Part shown: piece by piece, positions 60,133 through 64,000 of the stretch
Position numbering within the stretch: the first letter of the stretch is position 1
How the letters are laid out: every line of letters starts with the position of its first letter
Assembly (NCBI GenBank): GCA_964016885.1
Contig: OZ024740.1
Location: 205,902,001 to 205,966,000 of the forward strand
Source of the DNA: Eledone cirrhosa
Taxonomy: Eukaryota
Reading direction: 5' to 3'
Length of the DNA stretch: 64,000 nucleotides
Program-made: the position numbers and the translations under genes
Notes under the pieces: generated by a model
What the model saw: only the letters and a program-made list of their open reading frames with translations
Database searches by the model: none
What the model was told of the DNA's origin: nothing

Positions 60133-60472
60133 GGAGGCACATGGCTTAGTGGTTAGAGCATTGGCCTTGCAATCGAAAGGTTGTGAGTTCAATTCTCAGA
60201 CTGGGTGATGTGTTGTTTCTTTGAGCAAGACACTTTATTTCACATTGCTCCAGTTTACTCAGCTGTAGAAATGAGATGATAGGGACTGGGGTCCATATCA
60301 TTCCACTGCAAAGTGGTCGTGGAGGTGCCACGGCAAAAAAGCACCCAGCACTCACTGTAAATGAGGTTGGTGTTAGGAAGGGCATCCAGCTGTAGAAATC
60401 AAGCTAGAATCAGTTCCCGTCCCACCCTTGCAAGCAGGGAAAAAGCGGACGTAAAAATGAAATGATGATGAT
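60133..60472 (+). mobile_element. SINE family B, full length
   Basis: Same as 8767-9114. Confidence 0.9.
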
Positions 60473-60613
60473 ATGTATATGTATATATATGTATATATAT
60501 GTGTATATATGTATATGTATATATATGTGTATATATATATATGTATATGTATATATATGTGTATATATATATATGTATATGTATATATATGTGTATATAT
60601 ATATATGTATATA

Positions 60614-61870
60614 TATAAATGAGAGGTATAGAGATCGTTTTAGCAAGAAGCTAACGGCATTCTATAACATATATGCGACTATAACGTCAAGATGGGAAAA
60701 GTAGTTAACGAAAGATTTAGGAAAAATAACTCAAACTCATCTCAAAAGAGAATCAGGATATAAATTCATCCACAGAATTTAGTAAAATCCAGGGAAAAAT
60801 CTATAGACCTTTAACTCATGATAAAATAAAGTTTGAAACACTTATCCTTCAATTTGGAATAACATCAAATGCTCTGTATAGTCTTAAAAGACTATTTCAT
60901 GAAAACTTTCAGTGGAGATGGTCACGGTTGGATTTCATTCATCAGCAGAGCTCAACAGAAACCAGGGCTCTCACAGTAATATAATCCGAAAAAGGGAGTT
61001 CTAAAACTGGCTAGTTCGCCTTCATGTGTATTTATGAAAAAGCACATGAGGAAAAAACGGGGCTAGTGACGTCAGGATGGAAGTGAATGTTTATTTACAA
61101 GAAATAGCAGTCAAATACATTCTGAAAAAAAAACTCTACAAAGGAGTTCAGCAAAATAGCAATAATTATCACAGTTTTTATGAAAAAAACCGGGATTAGT
61201 CACAGATAGTTTAAGCACTCTAGGAAAAGAATCTGAGTATAAATATAAATGAGAGGTATAGAGATCGTTTTAGCAAGAAGCTAACGGCATTCTATAACAT
61301 ATATGCGACTATAACGTCAAGATGGGAAAAGTAGTTAACGAAAGATTTAGGAAAAATAACTCAAACTCATCTCAAAAGAGAATCAGGATATAAATTCATC
61401 CACAGAATTTAGTAAAATCCAGGGAAAAATCTATAGACCTTTAACTCATGATAAAATAAAGTTTGAAACACTTATCCTTCAATTTGGAATAACATCAAAT
61501 GCTCTGTATAGTCTTAAAAGACTATTTCATGAAAACTTTCAGTGGAGATGGTCACGGTTGGATTTCATTCATCAGCAGAGCTCAACAGAAACCAGGGCTC
61601 TCACAGTAATATAATCCGAAAAAGGGAGTTCTAAAACTGGCTAGTTCGCCTTCATGTGTATTTATGAAAAAGCACATGAGGAAAAAACGGGGCTAGTGAC
61701 GTCAGGATGGAAGTGAATGTTTATTTACAAGAAATAGCAGTCAAATACATTCTGAAAAAAAAACTCTACAAAGGAGTTCAGCAAAATAGCAATAATTATC
61801 ACAGTTTTTATGAAAAAAACTGGGATTAGTCACAGATAGTTTAAGCACTCTAGGAAAAGAATCCGAGTAT
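60614..61870. repeat. 630-bp tandem dimer in a TA tract
   Basis: gagaggtatagagatcg recurs at 60621 and 61251; copies near identical. Confidence 0.93.
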
Positions 61871-61901
61871 ATATATATGTATATATATATATATGTATAT
61901 G

Positions 61902-61932
<31 letters not shown>

Positions 61933-61958
61933 GTATATATATATACATGTATATATAT

Positions 61959-62045
<87 letters not shown>

Positions 62046-62050
62046 TATAT

Positions 62051-63215
62051 ATCATCATCAACGTTTAACGTTCGTGTTCCACGCTTGCATGGGTTTGGAC
62101 GGGGGTATTCCCACTTGAGGCAAGAGTGATTGTCTTGCTCGCATAGGACTGTCTGGCAGGTTTTCTACAGTTGAATGCCCTTCCTAACACCAACCACATT
62201 TACAGTGTGGGTCTGGGAGGTTTTTACCGTGTTGCCTACGCGGCCACATTACAGCGTGGACTGTGTGTTTTTTTGTCATGACACCTACACGATCTCATTT
62301 GTTTCGGCCTGGATGGTGTGGCACCAACATAACTTTACATAGGAGGGGGTGGTGGGACGGGGGTGTATTTTGTTAGAGATGCCTACTGGCTGTAGTAGGT
62401 TTTACTATGTATTTAGGTAAGGCGGGTCTTCTCTATTACTGAGTACCGTCAAAGGTCTCGGTCCAGTGACATTGTCTTAGAACGGTGTAAGTGTGTGAGG
62501 TCGGAGTTTATCAGCTCGTCCTAGGCTTTTCTAGGTCTGCCTATTCCGTGGCTACTGTCTATCTTTATTGCCCTGTACTTTGTTATACAGCTATCGACTT
62601 TCATGCGCATCACGTGTCCATACCAACGTAGCCTTCTCTCGAGTAAACAACATCTGATCCCTCTTATTTCTAATTTTTTCTTTAGTTCGTTTATGCTTTG
62701 CCGTTCACGTATATTACTATTACACATCCAGCGGAGCATGCAAGCTTCGTTCCTCTCTAGTCTGCGTATATCCTCTGCACACAATGCCCAGGTCTCACTG
62801 CCATGCAACATTGCTGTTCGTATGCAGGCATCATACAACCTGCCTTTCATTTTTAGGGAGAACCCTTTAGCAGCTAATAGTGGTATAAGCTCTCTGAACT
62901 TTTTCCATCCAGTTCTGACTCTAGCTACTGTACTTTCAGAGCACCCTCCCCCACTGCTGATTTTGTCACCCAGGTAACGGAAGCTGTCCACTATTTCTAT
63001 AGAGCCCTCTGCGCAGTTGTAAGAGCTAGTATTTTGTGGGCACTTGCTGCTACTTATTGCACCAGAGCACCGCCCACATGTAAAATCTATGTTCTTAGTT
63101 AGCTTACCTGTGATCCCACTACATCTTTTATGCACCCATACTTTGCATTTGGGACATAAAATGGAGTTTCTACCTACGCCTTTCCTACACACTGAGCATG
63201 GCCATTTCCCGGAAG
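62051..63215 (-). mobile_element. RTE LINE 3' part (same young family as 52761)
   Basis: Minus ORF 62521-63192 is near identical to the C-terminus of the 524-aa ORF; 3' UTR and tail at ~62051. Confidence 0.95.
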
Positions 63216-63357
63216 GATTCTGGAGCCTTCCTCATTTCTAGTACCAAACCCATAGCCTCCATGGATTTTCGTCGTAGCCGTCACAATGTTGTCCAACGTG
63301 ACCATTTAGGTCGCCTGCAATAATTATATAGCCACTGTCGGTTATTTGGGAGGTAGC

Positions 63358-64000
63358 ACTTCCTCCCAAATAACCGACAGTGACTATATAATTATTGCAG
63401 GTGACCTAAATGGTCACGTTGGACAACATTGTGACGGCTACGACGAAATCCATGGAGGCTATGGGTTTGGTACTAGAAATGAGGAAGGCTCCAGAATCCT
63501 GGAATTCTGTGACGCAAATAACCTAACTATCTGTAACACTTCAAAAAACGTGACAATCACCTGATCACCTATAGATCCGGGGAACACACAAGCCAGGTAG
63601 ATTATATCCTTACCAGAAGACGCGACAGAGTGTCTGTTGTAAACACTAAATCCCTCCCCCATGAAGAATGCACCCCCCAACATAGACTGATAATTAGCGA
63701 TTCATAGTCAGGACGAGACGTACTCGACAGCAGAAGAGGACTATCCTCAGGAGAAAAATATGGAAGCTAAAGGACCCCACAGCCAGAAATAAATTCCAAA
63801 GCATATTACTTGATGCTTTCGACAGTAAGGAAGAGCATTTAGAGTCGGACAATATAGAGGGACAGTGGGAATTCCTGAAGGCAAACCTGCTGATGGCGGC
63901 ACACGAAGTCTGTGGCTGGAGCAGGCCTGTAGGCAGGAGGAGAGTAACATGGTGGTGGAACAGTAAGGTGGAGGGGTCAATTAAGGCCAAAAAGCAGGCT
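63358..64000 (+). mobile_element. RTE LINE APE endonuclease and linker fragment (frameshifted), runs off the window
   Basis: IIIAGDLNGHVG...HGGYGFGTRNEEGSRILEFCDANNL; SQVDYIL; PQHRL; VTWWWNS. Confidence 0.9.

Noticed and set aside
60925-60955. CUGAUGA-AU-GAAA on the minus strand of the 630-bp unit as a hammerhead
   Set aside because: No room for stem II and no stem III, NUH triplet or stem I pairing.

Overview
This is an AT-rich animal genomic window dominated by (TA)n-type microsatellites and retroelements, with a 200-N gap at 48121-48320. The repeat landscape suggests an octopod cephalopod (inference). Most long I/Y ORFs in the ORF track are microsatellite artefacts. Recognisable content: about 8 RTE-clade LINE copies, several with a PHD-like finger inside the RT region; a BovB-type and an RTEX-type fragment; a near-intact CR1-group ORF2; a Helitron relic; two tRNA-derived SINE families; and TTAA-flanked MITEs. 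There is one probable host exon (30073-30399) encoding a signal peptide, propeptide and RKKR site, resembling exon 1 of SORL1/sorLA. The most notable signal is a set of sequence-unrelated, non-coding elements inserted in TA tracts that carry type I hammerhead ribozyme (HHR) motifs. These include a 457-bp tandem array with one HHR per unit, a 591-bp tandem-plus-inverted element whose HHR has a compensatory U3-A8 core, a 341-bp palindrome with an HHR in each arm, and several fold-back palindromes holding only HHR 3' halves. Together they look like a retrozyme or Penelope-pLTR-like system. All coordinates were read by eye and may be off by a few bases.
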